From NCBI GenBank assembly GCA_965216465.1, contig CBDCFW010000004.1:1-64000 (forward strand): a stretch of DNA of 64,000 nucleotides. The letters are read 5' to 3'. Position numbers and translations under genes: made by a program. The notes below the pieces were generated by a model. It searched no databases and had not been told where the DNA came from. It was given only the letters and a program-made list of their open reading frames with translations. The first letter of the stretch is position 1; each line of letters opens with the position of its first letter. Source of the stretch: Bacteroidia bacterium. Lineage in GTDB: Bacteria > Bacteroidota > Bacteroidia > NS11-12g > UBA9320. Positions 31,201 through 40,663 of this stretch are shown here, piece after piece.

Positions 31201-34200
31201 ACCAACCAACTATTTCAACTTCTGAAAAAATAAATGTGTTGCGTTTTGCAGATACCAAAGCAGCAACGCTAACACTTAGTGGTGGAAGCTTGGAGATTAT
31301 AGGAAGTGCACGAGGAAACTGGTCAACCAATCGATCTCATATTCTCAACGTGAGTTCAGATACATTAATAGTAGGTACGAATCTAAAACTTAGCGACGGT
31401 GTTAGCGGCCACGATATCGATTTACAAATTAGTTCAGGACTAGCTGATGTTCGATATGATTTATATCACGATATAAGCGGCAAAGTTACATTCTCAGGAG
31501 CTGGTGAGCTGAAGATTGGCCATGACTATATGTACACTGGCGGAACATTTACACCAAGTACCGGAACGGTCACTTACGGAGGTAATGTGAATCAAGCCAT
31601 TGCGCCGGTAGATTATTACAATTTGAGTATAAACAAGTCAACGGCCAGAGCAAGTGTTGAACAAAAAACTGCAGTTTCAAATAATTTAACGACACTTACT
31701 GGGGGCGAATTGATTCTGCTTGACACTTTAGATGTAGAAAATAATGTAACTGTGGGGGCATCTACAGAAGTGTTGGAGTTCAATACATTGTTTTTTGTAG
31801 GCGGTGATTGGTCTAATAGTGGAACTTTCACCACATCTGGCGGAACAGTAATTTTTGATGGAAGTTCTGACCAAGATGTAGATGCAAATTCATTTAATAA
31901 TTTGAAGATTGACAAGTCGGGTGGAGCATTAAATCTTACCGGAAATTTAAGTATAGGAAACGCCATAGAGGTCAATCAAGGTTCCTTAGACCTTAACACG
32001 TTCACAGCAAACAGAACGTCTGAAGGAGGTACATTCGCTGTTGATTCAAACGCCGAAGTGTTGTTGGCGGGAGCTGATAATTTTCCAGCTCTCTTTCTGA
32101 CAGTAAGTATAGATACGCACAGTACGGTTACCTATGACGGGTCGGTGGCACAATCAATTCAACCAAGAACTTATGGCAATCTAACTTGCTCGAATGGAAG
32201 TCCTAATGCAAAAGGCTTAGCCCGCAGTATTATTGTTCTTGGAGATTTAAGTATCAACACAAATACGACATTAAGCCCAGATACCTCAAGTATTACACTG
32301 TATGGTGATTTCACAAACGACGGCAATGTGACACCAGGCACAAGCACGCTTATACTCAATGGTGTCTCGAAAACTTTTACAGGAACGACAACGCTTCATA
32401 ACTTGTCTGTGATTGATGGTTCATACTCTGTTTCGTCAGGAACTGTGACTATGGAAGGAAATCTTTACATAGAATCAACCGGCTCATTAAGTTTTGGGAC
32501 TAACACCGCTATCTTAGATGGAAATCTGACTAATTATGGTTCGCTAACAAGTAATGGTACAGCGACATTTACAGGAAACAGAGAGCAGCATATTTCACTT
32601 CATAGTGCAATCAATAGCACTTCGACAGGTATTATCAATTTCAATGGAACTGTTAAGCCGATTATCAATTCCAGTTCAAGCCCGAATTTCGCAACTGTAA
32701 ATATCAATAACACAGCTGGTATTAGTCCTTCGGTACCTTGGTATGTTGCAATTGCAATGAATGTAGATGCAAGTTCAACTTTTGACGGCGGAGCATTGAC
32801 TCATACCTTCTATGGGAACTTCGATAATGATGGTGCAGTATACAGTACAGGAAAACTACTGTTTAGTCCAGGGGCACCATATTCTGCAAGTGCGACGGTA
32901 TCATTGCTAGGCGATACTTTAAGTGCTGGTGAAGTGGAATTTGGAGGTACTGTACCTTTAACAATAACAGGAAATGCACCGAATTTTGAGACCGTAATTA
33001 TTTCGAATTCTCATTCTTCAGGTATTACGGCACCTAGCTCATGGACAATAGCAAACGATTTGCAAATACAAAGTGGTTCAGAATTTAATGCAGGTTCTGG
33101 CACCAGTCATACTATTGGAGAGAACTTGGTTAATAACGGTACACTTTCAGGTGGCTCTTCATTAATCACCTTTGTTGGTGATACTGTTTCTATTGACGGA
33201 ACAGGAACCAATTCTTTTGAGGATATGAAGGTTGACACCAATACTATTCTGACCTTAAACAACGATATTCAAATATTCTCAGATTTAATACTTGCCGGTG
33301 ATTTAAACAATGCGGACCCAGTTGTAGAATTTTCAGGTTCAGCTCCTGGAACAATTACAGGAATTGCTGGAAACGATACGATTGGAGAATTAAAAACGAC
33401 CAAAGCAAGCGGTGTTGCAACTACCTTAGGTATTCCAATTGTGGTTCAAACTCACCTTAATATGGAATCAGGAATTTTCATTACCGATGCTACCAATATT
33501 ATTGAAATTATGGATGATGCCACATCAACACCTGGCAACGATACAAGTTTTGTTGATGGTCCAGTTCGAAAAGTTGGTAATGATAGGTTTGTATTTCCAC
33601 TTGGAGATACAAGCGAATGGGCTCGTCTGGAGATATCAGCTCCGAGTTTAACGACAGACGCCTTTACAGCGGAATATCATAAAACTTACTATTCAGATAC
33701 AACTACTATGGCAGTGACTCCAATTCCTGTTTTGAATAATGTTAGCCAAATTGAATACTGGACCTGCGATAGAACGGCTGGTACTTCAAATGTTACCGTA
33801 GAACTTTATTGGGAAAATAAGCACAGAAGTGGTATTGATTCGATTAGCTCAGATCTGGTAGTTGCCCGATGGAATGGTTCTGCTTGGGAGAATGCCGGAA
33901 GAACTGAAGCTCAGGGTGATTTGGCGGGGAGCGTTACATCAAATACGGTGTCGTCGTTTAGTCCGTTCACGTTTGGTTCAACTTCCAGTTTAATTAATAA
34001 GCTACCTGTTGAGCTCTTGAGCTTCGATGCAGCATTTAACGAACAGCAAACGGTTGATTTAACCTGGGCTACTGTGTCAGAAGTGAACAACGATTACTTT
34101 GAAATACAGCGAAGCAAAGACGGCAGAGCTTTTGAGTTTGTCGGAACAGTTAATGGAGCAGGTAATAGCTCATCGGAGATTAGCTATGCCTCAGTGGATT

Positions 34201-34529
34201 ACGCACCTTATAAGGGCGTTAGCTTTTATCGTTTGAAGCAGCTAGATTTTGATGGGAGCTACGAGTATAGTGATGTAGTAAAAGTTTACTTAGAAGAGCA
34301 GACAAGCCAGCTAAGAATCTATCCCAATCCTGTAAGAGATGTGTTGCGTATTGAGTCGACAATTGATGATGCAAAAGTTGTTGTTTACGACGCCCAAATG
34401 AAAGTAGTAAACTCAAAAAGGTTTGTTTCCGAAACCGATATCGATATGTCTTCTTATCAAGCTGGTATTTACTTAATTTCTTTAGAGTCTTCTAATTTTA
34501 GCAAGATGTACAAAGTGGTAAAACACTAA
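28299..34529 (+). CDS. Giant T9SS type A secreted repeat protein (putative adhesin/surface protein)
   Basis: Signal peptide after ATG 28299 or 28314; Gly/Thr/Asn beta-repeats; LPVELLSF Fn3-like domain; C-terminal IYPNPV...GIYLI sorting domain. Confidence 0.85.
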   Translation: MQERTMFNITRSIVLLCALIGCSMNTQAQSTSWIGGTNNKWTTASNWTNGVPNSTTDAVIGDASFTGSNQPNLNSGTLRCKSLTLGNGTKASTLTITRSLIVTNDVLIGSNGTINHGSSRQITLGGNWTNNGSYSATNNRSRVNFSGTEVTLTGATTFRDLRINAGCRVTLAANITVNSDFDCYGILNPTASYTVSGSADLDVERDGSIEVYTSTFGGNYTISRVDIDSRGEVHYASSAIDQTISSSYTYGILRISGGTTKELASSLPDIHDGGSTRGRVYVDDGIFDLKSYTCDRQSSGGVFVVAAGAELWIGGTGDFPNNFLTVTLASTSVVNYYGNNQTVKDLDYGNLTLGGTSGSVVKTMPATTLDILGDFTIETGGAFDVDVTAGADINIEKNTLIEEDCVFEGDSYTINFNADVENEGTISGTTSTHTFTGVGAVISGGGTFDFYNVIFSEAGITADGTSYITINGDAQTTGAGTFTHGSGGGVEMAGGSNSITGAGFTFYDLEPSGTITTASYVTINGDLIVDGDFTATANEIIMAGPSSTIDGVGTIEFYGLAISGNVTTTIDFTVVDDFGVAVDGSFAASAGQVTFDGSTNFSGIGTFYDIVVNASQSLTLVANGHLKIENTISNSGTFDATSYIPNTVSYVKNGNQNVGNVGYYNLILATGGTKSLTNTTAVDNDITINSGVTLSGSSHTLSVKRHWNNNGSFTSGTSDVQFTGSNAATITGATTFNTFTVNKSSNDVQVELENNVTASAIVMTSGYVNTGVNSITTTSTRTGNGIIVGTIIHNHAIADATPYAFEGPNNLLTFYNPSSVNQVTVKVTLGEVANVDPVVESVTREYDISIPSGSYDSVTMRLHYEDNELNAFVEPFLAIYEYNSGTTWDSLGYDGRDVTANYVELDSIADINNVYMLSGRRNVVRWNGTVSSDWSNPANWTTLSGASMANRVPDSLDVARIGDTLFVNQPTISTSEKINVLRFADTKAATLTLSGGSLEIIGSARGNWSTNRSHILNVSSDTLIVGTNLKLSDGVSGHDIDLQISSGLADVRYDLYHDISGKVTFSGAGELKIGHDYMYTGGTFTPSTGTVTYGGNVNQAIAPVDYYNLSINKSTARASVEQKTAVSNNLTTLTGGELILLDTLDVENNVTVGASTEVLEFNTLFFVGGDWSNSGTFTTSGGTVIFDGSSDQDVDANSFNNLKIDKSGGALNLTGNLSIGNAIEVNQGSLDLNTFTANRTSEGGTFAVDSNAEVLLAGADNFPALFLTVSIDTHSTVTYDGSVAQSIQPRTYGNLTCSNGSPNAKGLARSIIVLGDLSINTNTTLSPDTSSITLYGDFTNDGNVTPGTSTLILNGVSKTFTGTTTLHNLSVIDGSYSVSSGTVTMEGNLYIESTGSLSFGTNTAILDGNLTNYGSLTSNGTATFTGNREQHISLHSAINSTSTGIINFNGTVKPIINSSSSPNFATVNINNTAGISPSVPWYVAIAMNVDASSTFDGGALTHTFYGNFDNDGAVYSTGKLLFSPGAPYSASATVSLLGDTLSAGEVEFGGTVPLTITGNAPNFETVIISNSHSSGITAPSSWTIANDLQIQSGSEFNAGSGTSHTIGENLVNNGTLSGGSSLITFVGDTVSIDGTGTNSFEDMKVDTNTILTLNNDIQIFSDLILAGDLNNADPVVEFSGSAPGTITGIAGNDTIGELKTTKASGVATTLGIPIVVQTHLNMESGIFITDATNIIEIMDDATSTPGNDTSFVDGPVRKVGNDRFVFPLGDTSEWARLEISAPSLTTDAFTAEYHKTYYSDTTTMAVTPIPVLNNVSQIEYWTCDRTAGTSNVTVELYWENKHRSGIDSISSDLVVARWNGSAWENAGRTEAQGDLAGSVTSNTVSSFSPFTFGSTSSLINKLPVELLSFDAAFNEQQTVDLTWATVSEVNNDYFEIQRSKDGRAFEFVGTVNGAGNSSSEISYASVDYAPYKGVSFYRLKQLDFDGSYEYSDVVKVYLEEQTSQLRIYPNPVRDVLRIESTIDDAKVVVYDAQMKVVNSKRFVSETDIDMSSYQAGIYLISLESSNFSKMYKVVKH

Positions 34530-34531
34530 AC

Positions 34532-34562
34532 AAAAAGCCGCCAGTTTACACCAGCGGCTTTT
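34532..34562. terminator. Bidirectional intrinsic terminator
   Basis: A5-GCCGC...GCGGC-T4; on the minus strand the stem extends to GCCGCUGG/CUGGCGGC. Confidence 0.8.
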
Positions 34563-34719
34563 GCTTCTAAGTAATTAGCTTTATTGCCTGTTAAATATTT
34601 TTGGTCAATACTAAATCTAGAGCATGGCAAAATGCTCAGTTAAATGTTACATGAAAAATTGCGTAGAGTAAGGGAGTGTCCTTATATAGACGTCAATAAT
34701 TTCATCATAAGCTAGTAGT
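34532..34719 (-). ncRNA. Candidate structured small RNA (~190 nt), family unknown
   Basis: Own TTG-N19-TAGCTTTG promoter, no ATG-started ORF longer than 8 codons, several hairpins closed by a terminal stem, ends in a terminator. Confidence 0.45.
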
Positions 34720-34723
34720 ACTA

Positions 34724-34753
34724 CAAAGCTAATGAATAATTTCAGTCACGCAA
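34724..34753 (-). promoter_or_regulatory. Bacteroidota primary-sigma promoter (-33 TTG, -7 TAGCTTTG)
   Basis: Plus-strand CAA at 34751-34753 and CAAAGCTA at 34724-34731, 19-nt spacer. Confidence 0.65.
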
Positions 34754-34755
34754 GT

Positions 34756-34796
34756 AAAAATTCCCAAAAAGAGTGAAAAAATTCCCAAAATGGGAA
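34756..34796. promoter_or_regulatory. Operator-like direct and inverted repeats
   Basis: AAAAATTCCCAAAA at 34756-34769 and 34777-34790 (21-bp period); TTCCCA-AAA-TGGGAA palindrome 34782-34796. Confidence 0.5.
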
Positions 34797-34806
34797 AAAT
34801 TAGAAG

Positions 34807-36027
34807 TTATACGATGATGCTTTCGATTTGGCTTTGACCGAACCAATAGGGGATATCTTCTAAGCCATTTGCAGGTTTTGTGACAATTAAATTGGCTTTC
34901 TTTCCGCGTTGAATACTACCAACTTCGTTCTGCAGCTCTAACGCAAATGCAGCATTGTACGTTAAGGCATTAAAAGCTTCCTCTGGTGTTAGTTTCATCT
35001 GAGAGCATCCTAAAGCAAAAGCTAGACTGAGGTTATGAGAAGGTGCTGAACCTGGATTGAAATCGGAGGCAAGCACTAATGGGATATTTCTGTCGATTAG
35101 TTCCCGGCCAGGAGTGTACGGGATATTCAAGAAAAGCGAGCACAATGGTAAGCCTACTGCAAGAGTTTGGGAATTGGCTAACGCTTTGAAATCTTCATCT
35201 TCCATAACTTCTAAATGATCTACACTTAGAGCATTCATATCAACGGCCAGCTTTACAGCACCAAAACTGCTAAATTGATTCACGTGCACTTTTGGCTTTA
35301 GGCCAAACTTTTGTCCGGCTTCAATTACCCGACGCATGTCATTCAAATCGAAATAGCCCGTTTCGCAAAATATGTCGACATAATCTGCAAGCTTTTCTCC
35401 TGCTATTTCCGGAATCATCTCGTTGCATACAAGATTGATATAACCGTCTTTGTTATTTTTAAACTCAGGAGGAAGAGCATGTGCACCTAAAAAGGTAGAT
35501 TTAATCGGAATAGGAGATAAATGACGCAACACACTAATTACCCGCATCATCTTGAGTTCAGACTCGGTAGAAAGGCCATATCCACTCTTGATTTCAATTG
35601 CACCAGTACCTTGCTTGATTGTTTGTTCAAGTCTCTCTTGAGCGGCTTCAAAAAGCTGTTGTTCGCTCATTTTTCCAAGCTTATCTGCCGAATTCAATAT
35701 TCCTCCACCAGCTTCTGCAATCTCCTGGTAAGACTTTCCATTTAATCGCATCTTGAATTCATTTGCTCGACTCTCGGCGAACACTAAATGTGTATGCGAA
35801 TCAACATACATCGGCATAACCAGACGACCAACACAATTGTGCTCTTGCAGGTCAGTAGTTGGACAATTGTCCATGCTGCCAAAATCTTCAATGAGGCCAT
35901 TACGAATAACTACATAGGCATTATTTATGGTTTCAACCTCGTTTTGTTCTGCCCCTTTCTTAGGTGTTCTCGAGTTTGAGGTAATACCAATAAGTTCTTT
36001 GATATTGGTTAATAAGATGTTACTCAT
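34807..36027 (-). CDS. hutI: Imidazolonepropionase
   Basis: DSHTHLVF, AEAGGGI, EIKSGYGL, TFLGAH, DIFCE.GYF, SVDHLE, ASDFNPGS. Confidence 0.95.
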   Translation of the reverse strand: MSNILLTNIKELIGITSNSRTPKKGAEQNEVETINNAYVVIRNGLIEDFGSMDNCPTTDLQEHNCVGRLVMPMYVDSHTHLVFAESRANEFKMRLNGKSYQEIAEAGGGILNSADKLGKMSEQQLFEAAQERLEQTIKQGTGAIEIKSGYGLSTESELKMMRVISVLRHLSPIPIKSTFLGAHALPPEFKNNKDGYINLVCNEMIPEIAGEKLADYVDIFCETGYFDLNDMRRVIEAGQKFGLKPKVHVNQFSSFGAVKLAVDMNALSVDHLEVMEDEDFKALANSQTLAVGLPLCSLFLNIPYTPGRELIDRNIPLVLASDFNPGSAPSHNLSLAFALGCSQMKLTPEEAFNALTYNAAFALELQNEVGSIQRGKKANLIVTKPANGLEDIPYWFGQSQIESIIV

Positions 36028-36034
36028 GCTAGTG

Positions 36035-37591
36035 CTATTTAGCGAAGGCTACTGCTCTTCTTTCACGAATTACAGTAACTTTTATTTGACCTGGGTAGAT
36101 CATTTCTTTCATAATTTTCTGTGAAATATCGAAAGACAGAAGGTCTGCTTTTTTGTCGTCGAGTGAATCGCTATCGACAATTACACGGAGTTCTCTTCCT
36201 GCTTGAATCGCAAAAGATTTTTCAACTCCATCAAAACTTAAAGCAAGTTTTTCGAGATCTTGTAAACGTTTTATGTAGCTCTCACTGTCTTCTCTTCTTG
36301 CTCCAGGACGAGATCCACTTATAGCATCACATGCCTGAACAATAGGAGAGAAGAGGTTTGTCATTTCGATTTCATCGTGGTGAGCTCCAACTGCATTGCA
36401 AACCTCAGGGTGCTCGCCAAACTTTTCACATAGCTTCATGCCCAATAATGCGTGTGGCATTTCGCTATCGGTATCAGGTACTTTTCCAATATCATGAAGT
36501 AATCCTGCACGCTTAGCTCTTTTGGCATCCAATCCAAACTCTGCTGCCATTGTAGCACACAAGTTTGCAACTTCTCTACTGTGCTTCAATAGGTTTTGAC
36601 CGTAAGAGCTTCTGAATCGCATACGTCCTACCATTCGGATAAGTTCTGGGTGCAATCCATTTATTCCTAAGTCGATTACAGTTCGTTCACCGTATTCAAC
36701 AATTTCTTGCTCTACATCTTTACGCGTTTTAGCTACAACCTCTTCAATTCTTGCAGGGTGAATTCTTCCGTCAGAAACCAAACGATGAAGCGATAATCGT
36801 GCAATTTCCCTTCGAATTGGATCGAATCCTGAAAGTATAATTGCTTCTGGTGTATCGTCAACAATAATCTCTATTCCAGTTGCTGCTTCTAAGGCTCTAA
36901 TATTACGCCCTTCACGACCAATTATTCGTCCTTTAACCTCATCATTATCGATGTTAAATACAGTTACTGAATTTTCAATGGCTTGCTCTGCCGCAGTACG
37001 CTGAATAGTTTGAAGAATCATTCGCTTTGCATCTTTGTTCGCTGAAAGCTTTGCTTCTTCAATAATCATTTTTTGCTGCGCTAATGCATCAGTTCGAGCT
37101 TCTTGAGCAACGGCCTCAAGCATCTGTGATTTTGCTTCTGCTTTAGAAAGGCCGGCTACTTTTTCAAGTTGATTAATTTGATCATTAATCTTCTCTTCTA
37201 ACTCCGATTTTTTAATATCAATGATTTCAAGCTGCTTGTTCAAATTTGACTTAACGGCCTCAAGTTCCTTTTGCTTGTTTTTTTGATTCTGAATTTTAGA
37301 ATCTAGACTTTGTTCCTTGCGTTTTACCTCATTAAACTTCTCGTCAAGCTCCTTCTCTTTAGATCGGATATCTCGTTGATGTTCGTTCTTTAACTGTAAG
37401 AATTTTTCCTTGGCTTCTAGCTCTCTTTCTTTCTTATAGGCCTTTGCATTTGCTTGCATTTCTTTGGCCTTAACTTCTGCTTCATGTAGAAGCTCTTCTG
37501 CTTTGGTATTGCTATTCTTACTGGCAACTACCCAAGCAACTCCTCCTCCTACGAGGATCCCAGCAACCGCTGCGATTATTATTCCTGTCAT
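36035..37591 (-). CDS. rny: Ribonuclease Y
   Basis: N-terminal TM helix, coiled coil, KH motif [15 protein letters not shown] motif LLHDIGK. Confidence 0.96.
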   Translation of the reverse strand: MTGIIIAAVAGILVGGGVAWVVASKNSNTKAEELLHEAEVKAKEMQANAKAYKKERELEAKEKFLQLKNEHQRDIRSKEKELDEKFNEVKRKEQSLDSKIQNQKNKQKELEAVKSNLNKQLEIIDIKKSELEEKINDQINQLEKVAGLSKAEAKSQMLEAVAQEARTDALAQQKMIIEEAKLSANKDAKRMILQTIQRTAAEQAIENSVTVFNIDNDEVKGRIIGREGRNIRALEAATGIEIIVDDTPEAIILSGFDPIRREIARLSLHRLVSDGRIHPARIEEVVAKTRKDVEQEIVEYGERTVIDLGINGLHPELIRMVGRMRFRSSYGQNLLKHSREVANLCATMAAEFGLDAKRAKRAGLLHDIGKVPDTDSEMPHALLGMKLCEKFGEHPEVCNAVGAHHDEIEMTNLFSPIVQACDAISGSRPGARREDSESYIKRLQDLEKLALSFDGVEKSFAIQAGRELRVIVDSDSLDDKKADLLSFDISQKIMKEMIYPGQIKVTVIRERRAVAFAK

Positions 37592-37635
37592 TTTCTAGTT
37601 TTAGTTTTATGACCGGATGTATGATTAGAAATTCC

Positions 37636-37917
37636 TTATTTGTTCAGAATAGCCTCAATCGATTGAAGCTTATTCGCTAAGTTTTCAAAGTCTATATCTG
37701 TTTTGTTCTCGTTTTGGTCTTGCGATGCAACTTCTAAGGCAACCATTGCCAGTGCATCTTGCTTGTCTTGCACCGAGAAATTCTCGATGTAGTAACGTGC
37801 TCTTTCGTTTATTTTTTTGGCAGCTCCCCGCACAGCTTCTTCTTCTTGAATCTTGATGCGTAGTGGGTAGTACCTATCACAAATATTTATCTTTATGGAT
37901 ATTTCTTCGTCAGACAT
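37636..37917 (-). CDS. zapA: Cell division protein ZapA
   Basis: IKINICDRYYPL...EEEAVR.AAK.IN...DKQDALAM.AL; position between pheT and rny. Confidence 0.88.
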   Translation of the reverse strand: MSDEEISIKINICDRYYPLRIKIQEEEAVRGAAKKINERARYYIENFSVQDKQDALAMVALEVASQDQNENKTDIDFENLANKLQSIEAILNK

Positions 37918-37941
37918 TCCAGTCCGTTGTTATCAAAAAAT

Positions 37942-38226
37942 TTATCGTTTTACTAATTTAAGGCAGCTGTCAATTTCTTTAATCATTCGGTCAATTTCAG
38001 CTTTTAATGCTGTATTATCCGAATTATTGGCAACTCCCTCTGCAAGTTTACTAATTTTATTTGTTTCTGCTAAATTATGCAGCTCAACTTCTTTTTTATT
38101 CAAATCTTCTTTTAGGCGAGCATTCTCTTTCGCCATTTGATCGTGCTGTTCTTCCAACAAAACACACTTTTCTTTAAGCTTAAGTGCAAGATTTTCAATA
38201 TTTTGAAGTTGTTCAAGTACGCTCAT
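37942..38226 (-). CDS. ZapB-like coiled-coil protein
   Basis: Coiled coil ending EIDRMIKEIDSCL, located between pheT and zapA. Confidence 0.65.
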   Translation of the reverse strand: MSVLEQLQNIENLALKLKEKCVLLEEQHDQMAKENARLKEDLNKKEVELHNLAETNKISKLAEGVANNSDNTALKAEIDRMIKEIDSCLKLVKR

Positions 38227-40571
38227 TACTTCCGAATTGTTGCGTTTAGTTTGCTTTCGAAACTAACGATTAGTTTGTCCATTAAAGTATCAATCTCAGC
38301 GTCTTCCATTGTTTTCTTTGGGTTGTATAAGAAGAATGCAACCGCAAATGATTTTTGATCGGCGTTAAGCGGTTTACCCTCATACACATCAAAGAGCAAC
38401 AAATCTTTAAGGTAATGTTGTAGCGTTTGATTTGCTATTTTCTGAATTTCACTAAAGGCTGCTTTTTTGTCTAGAACCAACGAAAGATCACGTCGCACGA
38501 TTGGGAAAACCGGGATGTCATTTAGCTGAATGTTGTTGTTGGCTAGACGCATGGTTTCTTCCCAGTTTACACTTACCGATACAACATCTTGCTTCAGACT
38601 ATGATGCTTCATGGCCTTCTTGTCAATTTGCTCGATGCGAACCAATTTCTTGAAATGTTTTGGAGCAATATTCAGTTTTTTCAGAGCATTATGAGCCACA
38701 CTAACTAACTGTTCGCTGGTAATTTTACTAGACTTAGTACTCCAATGTTCAGGATGGCGAGTTCCGCTAGCTGTCAACTGCAAATAGCTTTGTTCAATAT
38801 AACCCTTCTCGGTTTTGAAATAAACTTTTCCAAATTCAAAGAACTTCGTGTTGTTGTTCTTGCGGTTTACATTATAAGCGACTGATTCTAAGGCTGAATT
38901 AATCAGTTCCATACGCATAACGTCCATGTCGTTGCTTAATGGATTTAGCATATAAACTGCCTTGTTTAACTCAGCTTCTGAATAGAGCTTGCTCGGAACA
39001 AGCGAATTGTTCATGATCTCATTGAATCCAACGGAAGCCAAGTAGTTGCTAATCTTGGTTTGTAGTTTATTTGCCGCGTTGTTGTCAATTATCGAAGGGA
39101 TATAGTTCACCTTCTGTGGAATTGGAATATTGTCGAAACCGTAAATACGAATGATTTCTTCATAAATGTCAACCGGACGATCTATCTCAGGTCTGTAATT
39201 TGGAACCTCCAATAACAAGTTTTGGTTGTTGTTAGCTAGAATCTTAATTTCTAGACTTTGTAAAATTTCTACAGCAGATTCTTTTGGAATTTCATGACCA
39301 ATAAAGCGATTTAGCTCGTCTAACTTGATTTCAATTTGAACAGGTTCAATATGTTCAGGATAAATATCTACTATCTCAGAAGATACTTCTCCTCCAGCAA
39401 CCTCCATCACTAAATTAACAGCTCTTTGCAAAGCGTAAATAACAGCATCAGGGTCTGTTCCACGCTCAAATCGATAACTCGAGTCGGTGTTTAGTCCATA
39501 GCTTTTTGCTGTTTTTCGAATCGATGTTGGATTGAAGTAAGCACTTTCAATAAAGATATTCTTGGTTCGGTCCGTAACTCCCGAATCTTCACCGCCTAAA
39601 ACCCCAGCCAAGGCCATGGGTTCAGATTCATTGCATATCACAAGATTACTTGGGTTGAGTTCTCGATCCTCACCATCTAATGTTGTAAGTTTCTCATTTG
39701 CTTTGGCATCACGCACTACGATTTTCTTCCCTAAGATCTTGTCATAGTCAAAAGCGTGTAAGGGTTGACCTATTTCATGTTGAATAAAATTCGTAATGTC
39801 AACCACATTGTTGATAGGGTTTAATCCTATGGATTGAAGACGTTGTTTGAGCCAAGAAGGTGATTCTTCAATTTTTACATTTGCAATGGTTATACCACTA
39901 TATCTTGGGCAAGCTTCACTGTTTTCAATTTTGATGTCGACGCGCATCTGGCCTCGAGCATCAAAATTTTCGATGCTTGGTTTTTTGTATTTCTTGCCGG
40001 TCAAAGCCTGCAGCTCACGAGCAACACCTAAATGAGAGATGGCATCACCACGATTTGGTATGATTGCAATTTCTATCTGGTAGTCTGTTTCAATATCGTA
40101 CAGGTCTGCAACGGGTTTGCCAATTTCAGTGTTTGCATCCAATACCATAATCCCTTCATGATTAGTACCAAGACCAATTTCGTCTTCGGCACAAATCATC
40201 CCTTCAGAAGCTTCACCTCTAATTTTTGCTTTTTTAATGGTAAAGCTTTCTCCTTCAGTAGGGAATATTGTCGTTCCAACAGGAGCAACTACCACTTTTT
40301 GTCCTGCTTCAACATTAGTAGCACCACAAACTATTGCTAACGGTTCTTCTGTACCAATATTTACAGTTGTAAGATTTAGTTTGTCGGCATTAGGGTGTTT
40401 AGCTTTGGATAAAACTTCGCCCACAACCAAGTTCTGAAGGCCGCCTTTAATGCTTTCAATCTTATCTACGTGCTCTACTTCGAGTCCGCTCATTGTCAAC
40501 CTTTCGCACATCTCTTCAAGAGGTAAGTCGATTGCGATTAAGGATTTTAGCCAGTTATACGATATCTTCAT
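38226..40571 (-). CDS. pheT: Phenylalanine--tRNA ligase beta subunit
   Basis: MKISYNWLK, HPNADKL, PNRGD, NNVVDITN, GQPLHAFD, RFERG.D, RRDLSL. Confidence 0.96.
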   Translation of the reverse strand: MKISYNWLKSLIAIDLPLEEMCERLTMSGLEVEHVDKIESIKGGLQNLVVGEVLSKAKHPNADKLNLTTVNIGTEEPLAIVCGATNVEAGQKVVVAPVGTTIFPTEGESFTIKKAKIRGEASEGMICAEDEIGLGTNHEGIMVLDANTEIGKPVADLYDIETDYQIEIAIIPNRGDAISHLGVARELQALTGKKYKKPSIENFDARGQMRVDIKIENSEACPRYSGITIANVKIEESPSWLKQRLQSIGLNPINNVVDITNFIQHEIGQPLHAFDYDKILGKKIVVRDAKANEKLTTLDGEDRELNPSNLVICNESEPMALAGVLGGEDSGVTDRTKNIFIESAYFNPTSIRKTAKSYGLNTDSSYRFERGTDPDAVIYALQRAVNLVMEVAGGEVSSEIVDIYPEHIEPVQIEIKLDELNRFIGHEIPKESAVEILQSLEIKILANNNQNLLLEVPNYRPEIDRPVDIYEEIIRIYGFDNIPIPQKVNYIPSIIDNNAANKLQTKISNYLASVGFNEIMNNSLVPSKLYSEAELNKAVYMLNPLSNDMDVMRMELINSALESVAYNVNRKNNNTKFFEFGKVYFKTEKGYIEQSYLQLTASGTRHPEHWSTKSSKITSEQLVSVAHNALKKLNIAPKHFKKLVRIEQIDKKAMKHHSLKQDVVSVSVNWEETMRLANNNIQLNDIPVFPIVRRDLSLVLDKKAAFSEIQKIANQTLQHYLKDLLLFDVYEGKPLNADQKSFAVAFFLYNPKKTMEDAEIDTLMDKLIVSFESKLNATIRK

Positions 40572-40663
40572 TGCAAATGAAGCGGCGAAGATAATTATGG
40601 ATGAGCAATCTTGTGGAATAAGAATACTTTTTTCTAGAGATTTTCTTAACCTTGTAGCATCAT

